From: Blepharisma stoltei ATCC 30299
Taxonomy: Eukaryota; Protista; Ciliophora
Direction of reading: 5' to 3'
NCBI GenBank assembly: GCA_965603825.1
Contig: CBFDEM010000064.1
Coordinates: 62,001 to 126,000 of the forward strand
DNA length: 64,000 nucleotides
Below are positions 1 through 12,918 of this stretch, one piece after another (position 1 is the stretch's first letter; each line of letters opens with the position of its first letter). A model generated the notes under the pieces. It saw only the letters and a program-made list of their open reading frames with translations. It searched no databases and was not told where the DNA came from. Both the position numbers and the translations under genes were made by a program.

Positions 1-1005
1 TGCCATAGATATAGGAATACTTGTAATTGGGGAATTAGGAAATAGGGTGGAATTTCCAGGAAATATGATCTGGCTGGCTATTGTGGCTTCATTATGGAAA
101 ATTTCGCCTACTTTAGCTCATTTATTATTTTGTACATTCAGCAAAGAAAACCTTGGAAGCGGGTGATGCTCAAAAGTTTCTTTTTCTAAAAGATCTCTCA
201 ATGACTCTCTATTTTGCCCTTCGCTGAAATTTAAAATCAATCGAATAAAACTTATACAGCTTAAGGATTCATAACTTATATAATCAAATGAGTTTTCTAA
301 ACCTTCCTCGACATATGCCAAAATACCATTTTCATCAGTGCCTCAAAAACTTTTGCTTCCCAAAACTACCCCGCTGCCAAAATTAAAAATATTTTTTTCT
401 TTTAAACTTTGCAATAATCATTTTGCACTTTCCCCATCCGCTAAAATGACGATATTTCTTGTACCAATTTTTTTAATTGCTTTTCCCACAAATAAATCAG
501 CCAAATTTTGGTCTTTGGTGTTAGCACATATAAAAAAGCTGACTGTTTTATTCGGAAACTCATAGGGAATTTGTTTTTGCAATTCATCAGAAAGCACAAT
601 AAATTTATTTCAATTTAAAAAATCAACAAGGGTTGAAAGCGCATTTTGATGCGCTTTTGATGAGTAGTGGGTAAAAAACCTCCAATCACTGTAAGAGTTT
701 TCAATATTTTCAAGACTGATTACTATTGATTGGATTTGACTCGCGAAGCTATTGATGCACTCAGCCAAAGAAAAGCTTGAAGTCAAGTCAATTATGGCTT
801 GTATGTCTCCGTCTTGATGCAAAATGTCAGAGCAAGAAGATATTAATACATTCTTTAGAGTTATTTGGTCAGCAAAAGTTTGCAAAAGTGAGACTGATAA
901 ACTATTTGCAAACTCTATGTCTGTCAAATTGCTATAAAATAATCCTATAAGCATTTGACACCTAATAATTTGGAAGAAAAAGCAAAAAATTCAATAAGCT
1001 TTCAT
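1..1005 (-). CDS. 5' part of periplasmic-binding (Venus flytrap/ANF-receptor-like) multi-TM receptor, paralog of 31513-34956; runs off left edge
   Basis: ATG at 1005. ORFs 610-954 and 118-321 join in frame with TGA=Trp. Near-identical to 33950-34956. Confidence 0.8.
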
Positions 1006-2879
1006 TTTTTATCACATTAGGTCAACGAAAAATTATCAGCCATTTTTCATCATATAAAAGAAGTTTTAACAAATTTTCAGCTGATGCATTGAAATTAAAA
1101 ATCTGAAAACTGTGAAATTTTTTCATATAAAAATTAACAATTTATGAATAATAAACCAATCCAAGCTAAAAATAAAAAAATAATTTTAATTTTTGGAATT
1201 AATACCTAATCTGATATAAATGTATTTTTATAAAGGAATGATTATTGATGGCATGACATTTGATTGACATGGTTTGATAAAGTGACAAATAAAATTAAAA
1301 TATAATGATCTTTGGATTTTCTAGTCTACTGACCAAGAGTTCTTCTCTTTTATATTTTGGATATTAAAGAAACTCTATCTGGAATTAAAGTTAATGCGCT
1401 CATCAATGGATATCCTTTTATGTGGATTTTTTCTGCTTTAAGATTATACAATTCTGCAGGCTTTAAATCTATCTTATAAAACAACTTTTTTGCATCTTTA
1501 TTGTAATAGTGCTGGCCGAGTTTATAGCGTTTTTCTTCATGCTCTATTCTTTTGCATACAGACCAAGAATTGATTCTTTTGCCCCTTAGTTGAAGGTGTA
1601 AAATAATCAGAATGCTCTTTGTCTAAATTAAAGCCAGCATATCTAAATGAAAGGAAAACTTTAAAATATAGCTTACAAATAAGTAAGCATTAAAGTTAGT
1701 GAGCATCGCGGGACCATAACCCATCCCTAAAGCCACATAAGGATTTCATCACAAAGGAGAAGGTTATGACTTTTCATCAAGTAGATCAAAATTCTCACTA
1801 GAACAGAAAAGAAACTTTATTTAACTGAATGCGAATATGGATCTATCCTATGAAAGCGAGACTGAAAATGATAAAACCTCGAGACGAATTGTTATCCAAA
1901 AATAATATATTAATGCATATCAAGTTTATAACGCCTATAATAAAGGAACAATCTATATTGGGCTCAGTGGCAACGAAATATATAATTGCAAGTTTTCTTT
2001 GAATGAAAAAATTGGACGAAATTATAAGCCCTTAAACTTAATATAAAATTTATTTATTATCCTTCAATTTCAATTTAAGCAGCTTTATTACTGGCACTGC
2101 CTATGATTATGCGCTAGAATCATAGATTGCAATTTATCCAGGCAGAAAAAGCCTGGAATTTTTTTATTATTTAAATAAGCATTATCAAATTCTATAAATT
2201 TTTATATTCAGTGGCTTCAAAATTTTATACGATAAGTAAAGAAATCTTCTCAATCTTAAACCTATATCTTTTGCCAATCGGTGATAGGCAATGCTCATAT
2301 TGAAACGCATTAATCGACATGCTCTCCTAGCTCATGTAGCAATGCTTGAAAATGGGCTGGGGACTTGAGTAATGAAAAACAGCGTCTGATACATGTATTC
2401 CACTAGGTCTTCTACATGGAGTAGCACATTGAGGTACTAGCCAATCACATATTTTTGAGTTAAGTTTTCTTACAGAAGGTGGAAGCAAAGTTGGAAAGGC
2501 ATTATCCAACAGCATCTAAGAAACCCATTAGATCGATTGGGGTATTTTCCCACTCACTATTTGGCATTGTGTCTTAAATTCGAGTTTCACTAAAATATTA
2601 AATATCAATTTATTTACTTAAATCAAAAGAAGTCATTAATTGCACTTTTATTATCTTCATAAGGATTCATTAATATAGACTTAAAGCTATGTTTTTATAG
2701 TCAGATGTCTTGCAAAATGAAATAACAGAAGTATTTTAAAGAGATGAGCATTTAAACGCATTCTAAAGCTATGTTTGAAGAATTTCTCTGCTATATTTTA
2801 CATTGTTATGCTATCCCCTTAGCTAGACATTTAAATGGAGTAGAAAATAGACACCCATTTTCTGAAGCCAATTCTTGAT

Positions 2880-3380
2880 GAAATTTAAGGTAGTTCGGTT
2901 CTAGAACCATCTTTTTTATAAGGCCAAAAAATCATGTTGAAGTCTCTTTTAACAGGAGTCCATTGATAGCATTGTCAAACAAAATGGAAATCAAATTGAG
3001 TGCATAAAGTATAAAATTTTAAATAGATTCTAAATAAGACAGGAGGTAAGGAAAGTTAATTATCTTCTAGAAATGTTTTTCATAAAACTGGAGGTAATAA
3101 ATTTACAAATTTACTAAGCTTAGCTGAAATCTTCTTGAAAATACCTTTAAGAAAATAAAATGCATATCCATATCTCTTTATAATAAATTCTAAATATTTT
3201 AGACTTTTAGAAAATACTTTATTTCTATAGATAAATTATGTCTAAAAATATACAGACCAAAAATTGGCATAATGTATAAAAATGGTTTTATTTATGTAAT
3301 AATTATTCTCAAACCTTGCAAGATCAACTTTTATTTGCCCTTGATGATTCGAAATTAAAATTTTATTAGATAATGACTAA
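2880..3380. repeat. Duplicated intergenic/promoter block lying between CxxC and RAP genes
   Basis: Same block at ~7400-7890, ~12475-12918, ~15695-16199, ~19650-19940. Partial inverted copy at ~52315-52600. Confidence 0.85.
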
Positions 3381-4100
3381 ATGGCTATACGATTTAAGCG
3401 ATTTCTTTATTAAACTAATAAATAATATTTTTTAGAGAACTAGGGATATCAAACTTTTTAGAAAACTGAGCAAAGTAATGTTCAAGCCAGAAGGAAATTT
3501 TAAAATATCGTGAATTACTATAACGATGTACATTACAGTTTAATAGTGACCCAGAAATTTATGTTCACTTTCTTATTGACAAAATTAGGTCTTCGGATAC
3601 AAAGCTTTGAGAGTTATTGATAAAAAAATCCTTAACGCTTTAGAAGTTATAAGAGAAAATCATTAGTGCTATTGGCCCATAAGTAGCTGGAAGACTTGAA
3701 GCTGAAAAGTACCTTAAATCATTTTTATTGGAAGAATTGATGAGCCCTTACCTCGAGAACTTAGATAGTAAAAACATTACAAAATCCTGAGCTACTAAAG
3801 TTTTAGCAAGTGATTAATAATAAAATTTAACTGGAAATGGGCTGAATTTGCTGTTTTATGTGGCTACATTAAATGATGCTGGAGTTTTAGAATATCTAGA
3901 AACTAAATTTTGTGAAATGCTACCAGATCTTAATAATATAGCAGCAATATTAGATCGTTTATGAGCTTTTAATGAAGATCGTATAGTAAAGGATCAAACA
4001 ATTATTTGTTTGAACTAAAAATCATTATTCAACTAAATATTTAAATCTGAAAGATATTAGCATCTTACAATATTCCAAAAATTATTTGGGAATATTATCT
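3381..4100 (+). pseudogene. Degenerate 5' copy of RAP-domain gene A
   Basis: Collinear with the reverse complement of 51570-52314, but with multiple TAA/TAG stops and indels. Confidence 0.85.
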
Positions 4101-4137
4101 GCCTTTATTTAAATCAGATTAGAGAAAGTTTTTAACT

Positions 4138-4290
4138 TTAAGAGTCGTTCTCCTTAAAGCTGAACGTGATATCAATTGGGAGCTTAGTTTCATCCAAGTC
4201 AGTTGTAACCTTGATCTGATTTACTGTCGATGATTTGACACTCCAAGTTGCTGTAGGATAGGAGGCTTGATTTTTCGTAGCTGTAAAATA
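4138..4290 (-). pseudogene. 3'-terminal fragment of CxxC-rich secreted protein gene
   Basis: Matches the family C-terminal coding sequence (...WSVKSSTVNQIKVTTDLDE...FKENDS*) joined to unrelated DNA. Confidence 0.8.
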
Positions 4291-4629
4291 CTTTTATTTT
4301 TGGTATTACACTGATATAAGAGATGCAAACAGCTGTGACTCTTTTGAAGGACTTGATTTCTATAGTAAAATTCCGAAAAAATGACAAAATACACAAGATA
4401 GGATTGGAATCCGCATGATGATATTAGAGCAAAAGAATGGACTTTTTATCCAGAAAACATAAATGGCATTTAATTAGCTTTCTAATTTTATCTCTCTCAT
4501 GGAATTTATTTATGGGGTTCGGCTTTGACTTAAGAACTTCCAATAGTGTATAGCTTTGTCATATAAGGTAAAGGAACTGCTCAATTCAAGAAGATTAAGT
4601 TTAACTCAGCATATCTGAGAAGGTCACTC

Positions 4630-5308
4630 TTAGGGATATCAAATCTTTTTCGAAAATTGCACAAAATGAGCCAAGTAATATTCAAGTGATAAGGAAATTC
4701 CAAAATATGGTGAATTACTATAAAGATGTACATTACAATTTGATAGTGACCCAGAAATTTTACGTTCACTTTCTTATTGACAAGATTAGGTCTTAGGATG
4801 CAAAGCTTTGAGAGCTTATTGATAAAAAAATCTTAACGCTTTAGAAGTCATTAGAGAAAATCATTAGTGCTATTGGTCCATAAGTAGCTGGAAGATCTGA
4901 AGCTAAAAAGTATCTTAAATCATTTTATTAGAAGAATTGATGAGATATTACCTAGAGAATTAGCTTAGATAGTAAAAACATTATAAAATTATGACTATTA
5001 AATTTTAGAGAGTGATTAATAATAAAATTTAATTGAAAATGGGTTGAATTTGCTGTTTTATATGGCTACATTAAATGATCTTGGAGTTTTAGAATATCTA
5101 GAAACTAAATTGTGTGAAATGCTACCTGATCTTAATAATATTGAAGCAATATTAGGATCGTCTATGAGGTTTTAATAAAGATCGTATAATAAAGAATCAA
5201 AAAAATTTTGCTTGAGCTAAAAATCATTATTCAGCAAAAGATTTAAATATAGAAGATATTAGCCACATCTTAGAATATTCCAAAGATTATTTCTGGAGAA
5301 TATTATCT
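4630..5308 (+). pseudogene. Degenerate RAP-A fragment
   Basis: Homologous to RAP-A 5' half; stops and indels. Confidence 0.85.
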
Positions 5309-5346
5309 GCTTTATTTTTAAACCAAATTAGAGAAAGTTTTTAACT

Positions 5347-7069
5347 TTAAGAGTCGTTCTCCTTAAAGGTGAAGACAATATCAATTGGGAGCTTACTTTC
5401 ATCCAAGTCAGTTGCAACCTTGATCTGATTTACTGTTGATGATTTGATACTCCAAGTTGCTGTAGGATAAACTGCTTGATTTTTCTTAGCTGTAAAAGAA
5501 TTAAATGCTACTGTTTTCGAAAGTGAGTGAGCAAAATCAATAACTGCATCTGGAGAGTCGAAACTCAATTGATATCCTACTTGATCCACTCTGCACGAAG
5601 TTCCATCTTGGACTACTAAGTCAGCACACTTATAACAATTAGGACTAGTAGTGCATGAATTGCACGAATCGGTACATGCTAAATAAATCTTACAAACACA
5701 GCTTGTTTTAGTCGCACTATCATCATAAAGGAAATATCCTGAATTGCATTGAGTGCAGACATCTTTTGAAGAGCAATCCGCACAATTAGAAGGACAATCT
5801 AAATAGAAAAATACCTTTAGCGCATAAGCCTGCTGCATTAATCATATAGCCATTATTGCATATGGCACAAATTGAGCCGCCTTGAGCTGCACAAGCGCAA
5901 TTAGAAATTGTATTAGTTGCGCTGCAAGAGCCACAGCCTAAAGCAGCTCCACTAGAACAGGTTGTACAAGTATAAGCATCAGAAGCCACGCTACAATACT
6001 GCAATTGAGACTGTATACACACTCCTGCTGCGTTGGGGAGATATCCAGCTGAGCATTTCGAGCAATGAGTTGGATCTGCAGTTTTAACGATAACACAATT
6101 AGAAAGAGATGAAAAGGAGCATTTGTCTGAATCATTAGCTATATATCCATCTGAACATGAGGTGCATTTTTTATCGATGGTGCATGCGGTGCAACCAGCA
6201 CTAATTGTGCTGCAATCCTTGCATTGGTTGTTGGATGAATCCCAGTATTCATTGTCCGTGCATCCTGCTGAGTCGCAGTTGGCACCCATAAGGTAATATC
6301 CATCCACACAAGTTTGACAATTGCCTGTACTAGATTCGATCACTTTACAATTGTTAACTGATGATTGAATGCATTTGCCTAGATCATTTACTAAATATCC
6401 TGTCGCGCATTTGGTGCATTGGTTGATATCTGAACATTCTTCACAATTCACGTCAAAGCTGGGACAATTCTTGCAAATGTTATTGAAAGAAAAATACCCT
6501 GTGCTGCATTTAGTGCAAGGAGAACCTCCGATACCGCAAGTATCGCAGTATCAAGCATTGCATGTCGAGCAACCATAATCCGCATTTACATAATATCCTG
6601 AACCACAAGTTATACATTTTCCATCATCAGAGCAAGAAAGACAATTGGCTATTAAGTCAGTGCATGATTCGCAGCGTTGATAATAGTCTGCTTTGCAAGA
6701 TTTGCATACATTAGCAGCAGAAACAAGAGCACAATTTTTAATGAACGAGTTTGTGCATCCGCCATTAGTGTCAGGAATATATTGACTTGTAGTGCAAGTT
6801 CCACAAAGAGTTGCAGATGCACAAGTCTGGCAATTAGCTTGATTATTTGTGCAGGATGCTGTTAGTTTTCTTTCTTTTTCTGTAGCATTTGACCTTATTT
6901 CTTGGCTAGATCCTTGACTATCGTTGTTTTGGAAAAGCAGGTTAAGAATCTCAGTATCTGAAATGGGAGCTGTAAAGTCGCCTTCAGAACTTTCCTCGTG
7001 CTCAATGATGTTGTTTTGCATTGCAGAAGCTTGAAGCATCAGGATAAGAATAAATGCTGGCACTACCAT
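5347..7069 (-). CDS. Secreted CxxC-repeat (furin-like/VSP-like Cys-rich) protein, copy 1, ~563 aa
   Basis: Signal peptide, acidic pro-region ending EKERKL, then CxxC repeats. TGA=Trp at 6551-6553 joins two ORFs. Removing introns 5799-5814 (16 nt) and 5679-5693 (15 nt) gives one frame to TAA at 5347. Confidence 0.9.
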
Positions 7070-7999
7070 ATATTTTTATTAAGATTTTAGATAATTGAAA
7101 AAAAATGGACTTATGTAAATATTTAAGCCTTAAGGCAAAAATAGGTTTATTAAATTTATTGAAACTTGAAAAAGTTTTTGATCTAATTCTCCTTTGGTTA
7201 GCGAAAAATTAATTCCCTTGAGTCCTCCATGCTTCTAAATTGGAATGGCAGGGCTCATCAACATGCCTAATTTTCCTTTTAAAGCTAGAAACTAAACGAT
7301 CTTGGGAATTTACATCAGCCCCTTTTTGAAGCTCAGCTTATTCTGTCTCCTGTCCCTAGGGCTTTGCATTCTATTTTTTATAAGCTTTCCTATACCAGTT
7401 TTAGGTGGTTCGGTTCTAGAACCATCTTTTTATAAGGCCAAAAAATCATGTTGAAGTCCATTGATAGCATTGTCAAACCGAATGGAAATCAAATTGAGCA
7501 CATAAAATATAAAATTTTAATTAGACTCTAAATAAGACTAGACATAAGCAAAGCTAATTAGCTTCTAGAATTATTTTTCATAAAATTGGAGGCAATGAAA
7601 ATTTACAAATTTACTAAGCTTAAGCTGAAATCTTCTTGAAAATACCTTTAAGAAGATAAAATGCGTATCAATATCTCTTCATAATAAATTCTAAATATTT
7701 TTGACTTTTAATAAACAGTCCATTTCTATCGATAATTTTCGTCAACACCTAAAAATATGCAAGCCAAAATTGACATAATTTATAAAAATGTTTTTATCTA
7801 TGCAATAACTCTCGTAATGCCATTTAAGATTAACTTTCATTTGTCCTTGAGGATTCGCAACTAATAATTTATTAGATAAAGATTAAATGACTATATGACT
7901 TAAGTGATTTCTTTATCAAGCTAAAAAGCAATTTATTTTTTACTCCCCTGGAGATCAAACGAAAAATTTCATTGTTTTTAAAACAACTATATATAAATT

Positions 8000-8690
8000 T
8001 TTTAGTAAATTCCTAAAGTTCCACTTTTATTGAGCCTGATTTTCATTTTTGAAATCTTCTCTCGTTGAGCCAAGTGAAAGGCCTCGTGAGTCTCTTGAGT
8101 TTTTTAAATTCAAAGTCATACTTTTGTGGATAAATTCGTTGTGCTTATCATAATCAGGCTCTTTTTTTTGGGTAATTTTTTTTTAAAAAATTTATAAGGG
8201 TTGTTTACAGATTGAGAAATTGGAAGAAGCATTTTTGAGTAGTGGAAATCAATGCCCTTGCTTATTAATTTATTCGATTTATGCCCTAAATTTGATGAAA
8301 ATGTAAGAGCTCTTTTGCTTGATCTGATTATGATTTTTTTCGGTTTGTTATTGAAAAATATTTGATTTTTGAGCCAATTTTCCATAAAATCCTTGTGATT
8401 GTAGCTGGATTGGATTTATTTGGGACAAATTCTTGGAGAATTGCATAATGAACTGAGTTTTCTAATTTTTTCTAGCGGAATCGTAATCAAAAATAGGAAT
8501 CACATTAGTTTCTGGACTTTTGAAGCAGAATAAAGGGTAGCCATTATCATTCTGAAAGGCTGTTGCGTCGAAAAATTCATCTAAAGTAGTTTCAGTTGAT
8601 TATATACGCTTTTCCTTTTTATTTTGAATTAAATATAGCTTATTCTCCAGTTTGATGAGAGTTACAATCTGAAAGAGTAAATATTGACAT
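8000..8690 (-). pseudogene. Degenerate hypothetical coding sequence (Lys/Ser-rich)
   Basis: Coding-like ORF piece 8116-8385 with flanking interrupted frames; no recognisable domain. Confidence 0.3.
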
Positions 8691-9430
8691 TTTAAGATAT
8701 TTTTTATTGTTAAAATTATTGAGAAATGTCTTTTGAATTTTTGACTGATTCTTCAGACGATGCAGGCCTACTCAGAGGAATCTTTTTTCCTCATCTATTT
8801 TCGTCACTGGAGAACCATTTAAACTCAAATAACCCCATAAATACAACAAGTTCAGAAATCCCCATTGAACCAGCAGTTGGTTTTTTCCTTTCACAGCTAC
8901 CAAGCTCGAGCAGCGATATCTCTTAAAAAATTCATTGAAGTTATGAGCTTAAACTTGAAAAAATTGTAAAAAAACCTTATAAGCTATATTAATATTTTGA
9001 CATATTTATGCATAACTATAGTCCTCATAAAACTTAAAATAGCTTGAATCAGAAAATGGTAAAATAATAAAGAATTGAAGAAAAAATTACTGGAAAAGAG
9101 ATCAATTAGCCTTGAATAGTTTTGTTTTGAAATAAAATTATTATATTAAGGACTTTCAATAACTTTTTGATATTTTTTTTATTTAAGATAAAAATTTCAA
9201 TTTATATGAAATATGTAAAACGAAATTTAAAGATAAATCTCAAAATCGAGGATAATAATTGGCAGCCTACAATATTTCGAAAATAATCAGGAATTTTAGG
9301 CTATTTTCAAAAAATATGCCTCCGAAACGGAAGGGCTTGGTGAAATAGTAGTTGGCGCCGGATTCCAGGCCTAGTCTATTGTCACACCAAATTCTCGCGT
9401 GAAAAAGTCATATAAAAAATTCATAAAAGA

Positions 9431-9840
9431 ATGCGAAAAATCTTTTATTTGTTATTAGACAAACCTGATCTAAAATTTCTCAAACAACATTCTCATACCC
9501 TTTTTAATACAGATTTCAATTATCTTTACAGCTATGTTGATAATTATAATGGGATAGAGATTTACGTTTACGATATTGAATCTCACAAAATGACTATAAA
9601 ATCTTATCGTCCTAATCATCGCATATTAGATAGTATAAAAAATATTGTAAAAATCTCAAAATCAAGATTACTTATCTCGGGGATAATAGCAGAATACTCT
9701 AAAGGATTTACAATGGATTTAGGTAGCAAAAATTTAAGACAAATTTTTCAAAGCAAAGCTCAAACTGGTTCTTTTCATGAGCTCAATAAATTTTTTTGTT
9801 ATGAAAATTATTTGCTTGTATTTGGATGCAAAGGTATGTC
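9431..9840 (+). pseudogene. Fragment of beta-propeller/kelch-like expanded family gene
   Basis: YLYSYVDNYNGIEIYVYDIE and FCYENYLLVFG resemble the fragments at 35.4-36.3 kb; sequence degenerates into a poly-T run. Confidence 0.45.
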
Positions 9841-10168
9841 TGATTTTGATTTTAGCTATTATTTTATTATTTTTTTTTTTTTCAGGCTTGCAAAAATGAA
9901 AAGCATAATTTCAAAAAAATATTGCATAAAAAAAATAAACATTTACAGATTTTTGATCTATACCTTGAAAATATTTGCATGAAATTTCGTATTGTAGATC
10001 TATATTTTATTTAAGTTCATAAATTCACCTTTAATCAAGAAGGAATTGCTATTTCATTAAATTTTTTATCAATTAAGGATTATTAGCTTCTCTAAATATA
10101 ATAGATAAATTTCTATTTGTTCAAAATTATTTTAAATTATTAAATTACAAAGTGCTCATTCTTTGTTG

Positions 10169-10680
10169 CTATTTTCGAAAAAAACCTTTCCTCAGCTGCA
10201 TTTTTATGCTATTTTTCGATTTAATTAGCTCTCTATATTCACTCATACTTGATAACTTCATCTTAATTGGCTTTGGTGTAGTTGTGATCACATTTGATAA
10301 CATTTGTCCTGAAAACTCATAAGGAATTGTCTTCAGCTCAACTGAAGTCTCCCTTCTGAGCTTTGTTGGTGAATCAAAAGAATGCTTCCTACAAAATCCT
10401 CGGAAATTCATATGATGCGGATTTGTTGAAGGTGGAAACTTATAAGGCTCTTTAATTCCTGAGCATCTTCTAGCAATAAATTGGTTGCTTTGAAAGAGCT
10501 CCTTTTTCCTTTTAGTCCTAATAATCGAATGATAAAAAGACTTCCTTCTATTAATGTCATCAAATGAACTGTTTGTGTTTTCTAGTTTATCTTCTTCAGT
10601 TGGTATCCTAATTATGAGTTTTCTTTGGGATTTTGGGGAAAAAGAATGCTCGAATCTAGAGATTTAAATCTTTTGTTCAT
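10169..10680 (-). pseudogene. Hypothetical basic protein with apparent 1-nt frameshift near 5' end
   Basis: The frame is open from ~10660 to TAG at 10169; the ATG at 10680 is off by one frame. Confidence 0.4.
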
Positions 10681-11479
10681 AATTCATATGGATTATTTAT
10701 AGTCTAATTATCCATTTGAGTATTTAGCCATTTCTATGATGGTCATAATATTAAGCAGAGTGTTTTGGAGGAGTTTCATAAAGGAAAAGCTTCATAGTAA
10801 AGAAAATAAATGTTTATTTATGAAGGAAATTATAACAAAAAATGTTTCTCTTTGAATTAAATTTGCAAAAAAACATCATTGAAAATTTTTAATTTTTGGA
10901 TAATTTGTGGAGATTTGTAGATAAAATTTGAAGAAAAAAAGATTTTGATGCAAAAAAAGATGATTTTGAGTAAGATGTCCCATATGTATGGAATAAATTA
11001 ATAAATTAAGTTTATTTCGAATAATATCGATCAAAAAAGAAATAAGCATAGATCTTTGTTTTCTGAAGATTTTTATTGATATTCTAAAATATTACCCGTC
11101 GATCCTTATGATACTTTCATTAAAATAAAGATAAGGGGTTTAGCTAAGGAATTTAATTATTATAATAAAAATTCGCAAAATTTAGGTTTAGCAATTTATG
11201 TTTTTTTGTTATATTTCAAATTCAATTATATCTTATCATATTATTCATATAAATAATGCTGTGCATTTATAATAAAAAGCTCTTGTCTGATCGAAAAAAT
11301 AATTTGTTATATGATTTTTGAAAGAGAAATGAATTGATCTAAATAATACAAATAATTAAAAGTAATATATTTTTAAAATGAAACAACTTTGGTGCTAAAT
11401 AGAAATTTAATTTGCAGACCATATTCTATTAAAGCGCTTATTTTGACAATAAAATTATTTATTTATCTAATTTTCCTTG

Positions 11480-11640
11480 ATGATTTCAGTTCTTTTATTT
11501 GTAGCAGGTATTTCAATTGACAAGAAAACAGAAGACTTACAATTTGCATTTGGGGATTATGCTTTATATTGTTTTATCTCAGTCTCTTTAGTTCTTTTTG
11601 CAGGCTTTATGTCAGGATTAACAGTAGGCCTGCTTATTCT
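11480..11640 (+). pseudogene. 5' fragment of CNNM/DUF21 metal transporter
   Basis: SLVLFAGFMSGLTVGLL is the characteristic DUF21 first TM motif; the gene is truncated immediately afterwards. Confidence 0.75.
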
Positions 11641-11689
11641 TGCGAATTTCTTAAAATTATATTTATGTTTTTACTATATATTGAGTAGT

Positions 11690-12325
11690 TAGGGATATCA
11701 AATCTTTTTCGAAAATTGCAAAAAACGAGCCAAGCAATATTTAAGTGAAAAGGAAATTCCAAAATATGGTGAATTATAATATGTGTATTAAATTGATATT
11801 GCCCCAAAATTTAATGGGTCGCATGATATCAAAGCTTTGAGAGCTTATCGATAAAGAAACCCCTAACGCTATAGAAGTCATAAGAGGAAAATCATTAGTG
11901 ATGTTGGTCCATAAGTAGCTGGAAGACCTGAAGCTGAAAAGTATCTTAAATCATGTTATTAGAAGAATTGATGAGCTCTTACCTAGAGAACTTAGATAGT
12001 AAAAATATTAAAAAATTATGAACAACTGACTTTTTAACAGTAATAATGAAATTTAACTGGGAATGGGCTGAATTTGCTGCTTTATGTGACTGCATTAAAT
12101 GATCTTGGAGTTTTAGAATATCTAGAAGCTAAATTTTGTGAATTCTACCTGATCTTAATAATATGTAGACAATATTAGTATTATTTATGAGTTTTTGATG
12201 AATGTCATAAAATAAAGGATCAAACAATTTTTTGCTCGAATTAAAAATCATTATTCAGCTAAAGATTTAATCTGAAAGATTTTAGCATCTTACAATATTT
12301 CAATAATTATTTAGGGAATAACATC
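11690..12325 (+). pseudogene. Degenerate RAP-A fragment followed by CxxC-gene 3' tip (12362-12432, minus)
   Basis: Homology to 51570-52260 and to 17593-17665. Confidence 0.8.
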
Positions 12326-12918
12326 TGATTCAAGTTTAGATCAGAGAAAGTTATTTAACTTTTAAGAGTCATTCTCCTTAAAGCTGAAGTCAATATCAAA
12401 TGGAAGCTTACTTTCATCCAAATCAGTCTGAATGGGGCGAGTAAGGCGTAAAAATCTTGTTGAAATCATCTTTTAAAGTCCATTGATAGCATTGTCAAGC
12501 CCAATGGAAATCAAATTGAGCACATAAAATATAGAAATTTAATTAGATTCTAAATAAGACAAGAGGTAAGGAAAGTTAATTAGCCTTCTAGAAATGTTTT
12601 GCATAAAACTGGAGACAATAACTATTGGCAAATTTACTAAGCATAAGCTGAAATCTTATTGAAAATACCTTTAAGAAGATTAAATAAATATCAATATCTC
12701 TTCATAATAAATTATAATTATACTTGACTTTTAATAAACAGTTCATTTCTATAGATAAGCTGCAATTTCAGCAACACCTTAAAATATGAAGACAAAAATT
12801 TACATAATGAATACATACAAATGGTTTTATTTATGTAATAACTCTCCTCAAACCATTTAAGATTAACTTTCATTTGCCCTTGAGGACTTGCATTTAAAAT
12901 TTTATTAGATAAAGTTAA

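Noticed and set aside
2270-2590. Higher-GC patch with 62-aa ORF
   Set aside because: No recognisable motif and stops in all long frames; possibly a decayed fragment, but no call can be supported.
5799-5838. Programmed ribosomal frameshift joining overlapping CxxC ORFs
   Set aside because: A 16-nt GT-AG intron explains the frame change exactly.
6551-6553. TGA in Cys-rich genes read as Cys or selenocysteine
   Set aside because: TGAs at 6551, 28335 and 38843 fall at non-Cys positions in paralogs, and conserved genes show Trp at TGA.
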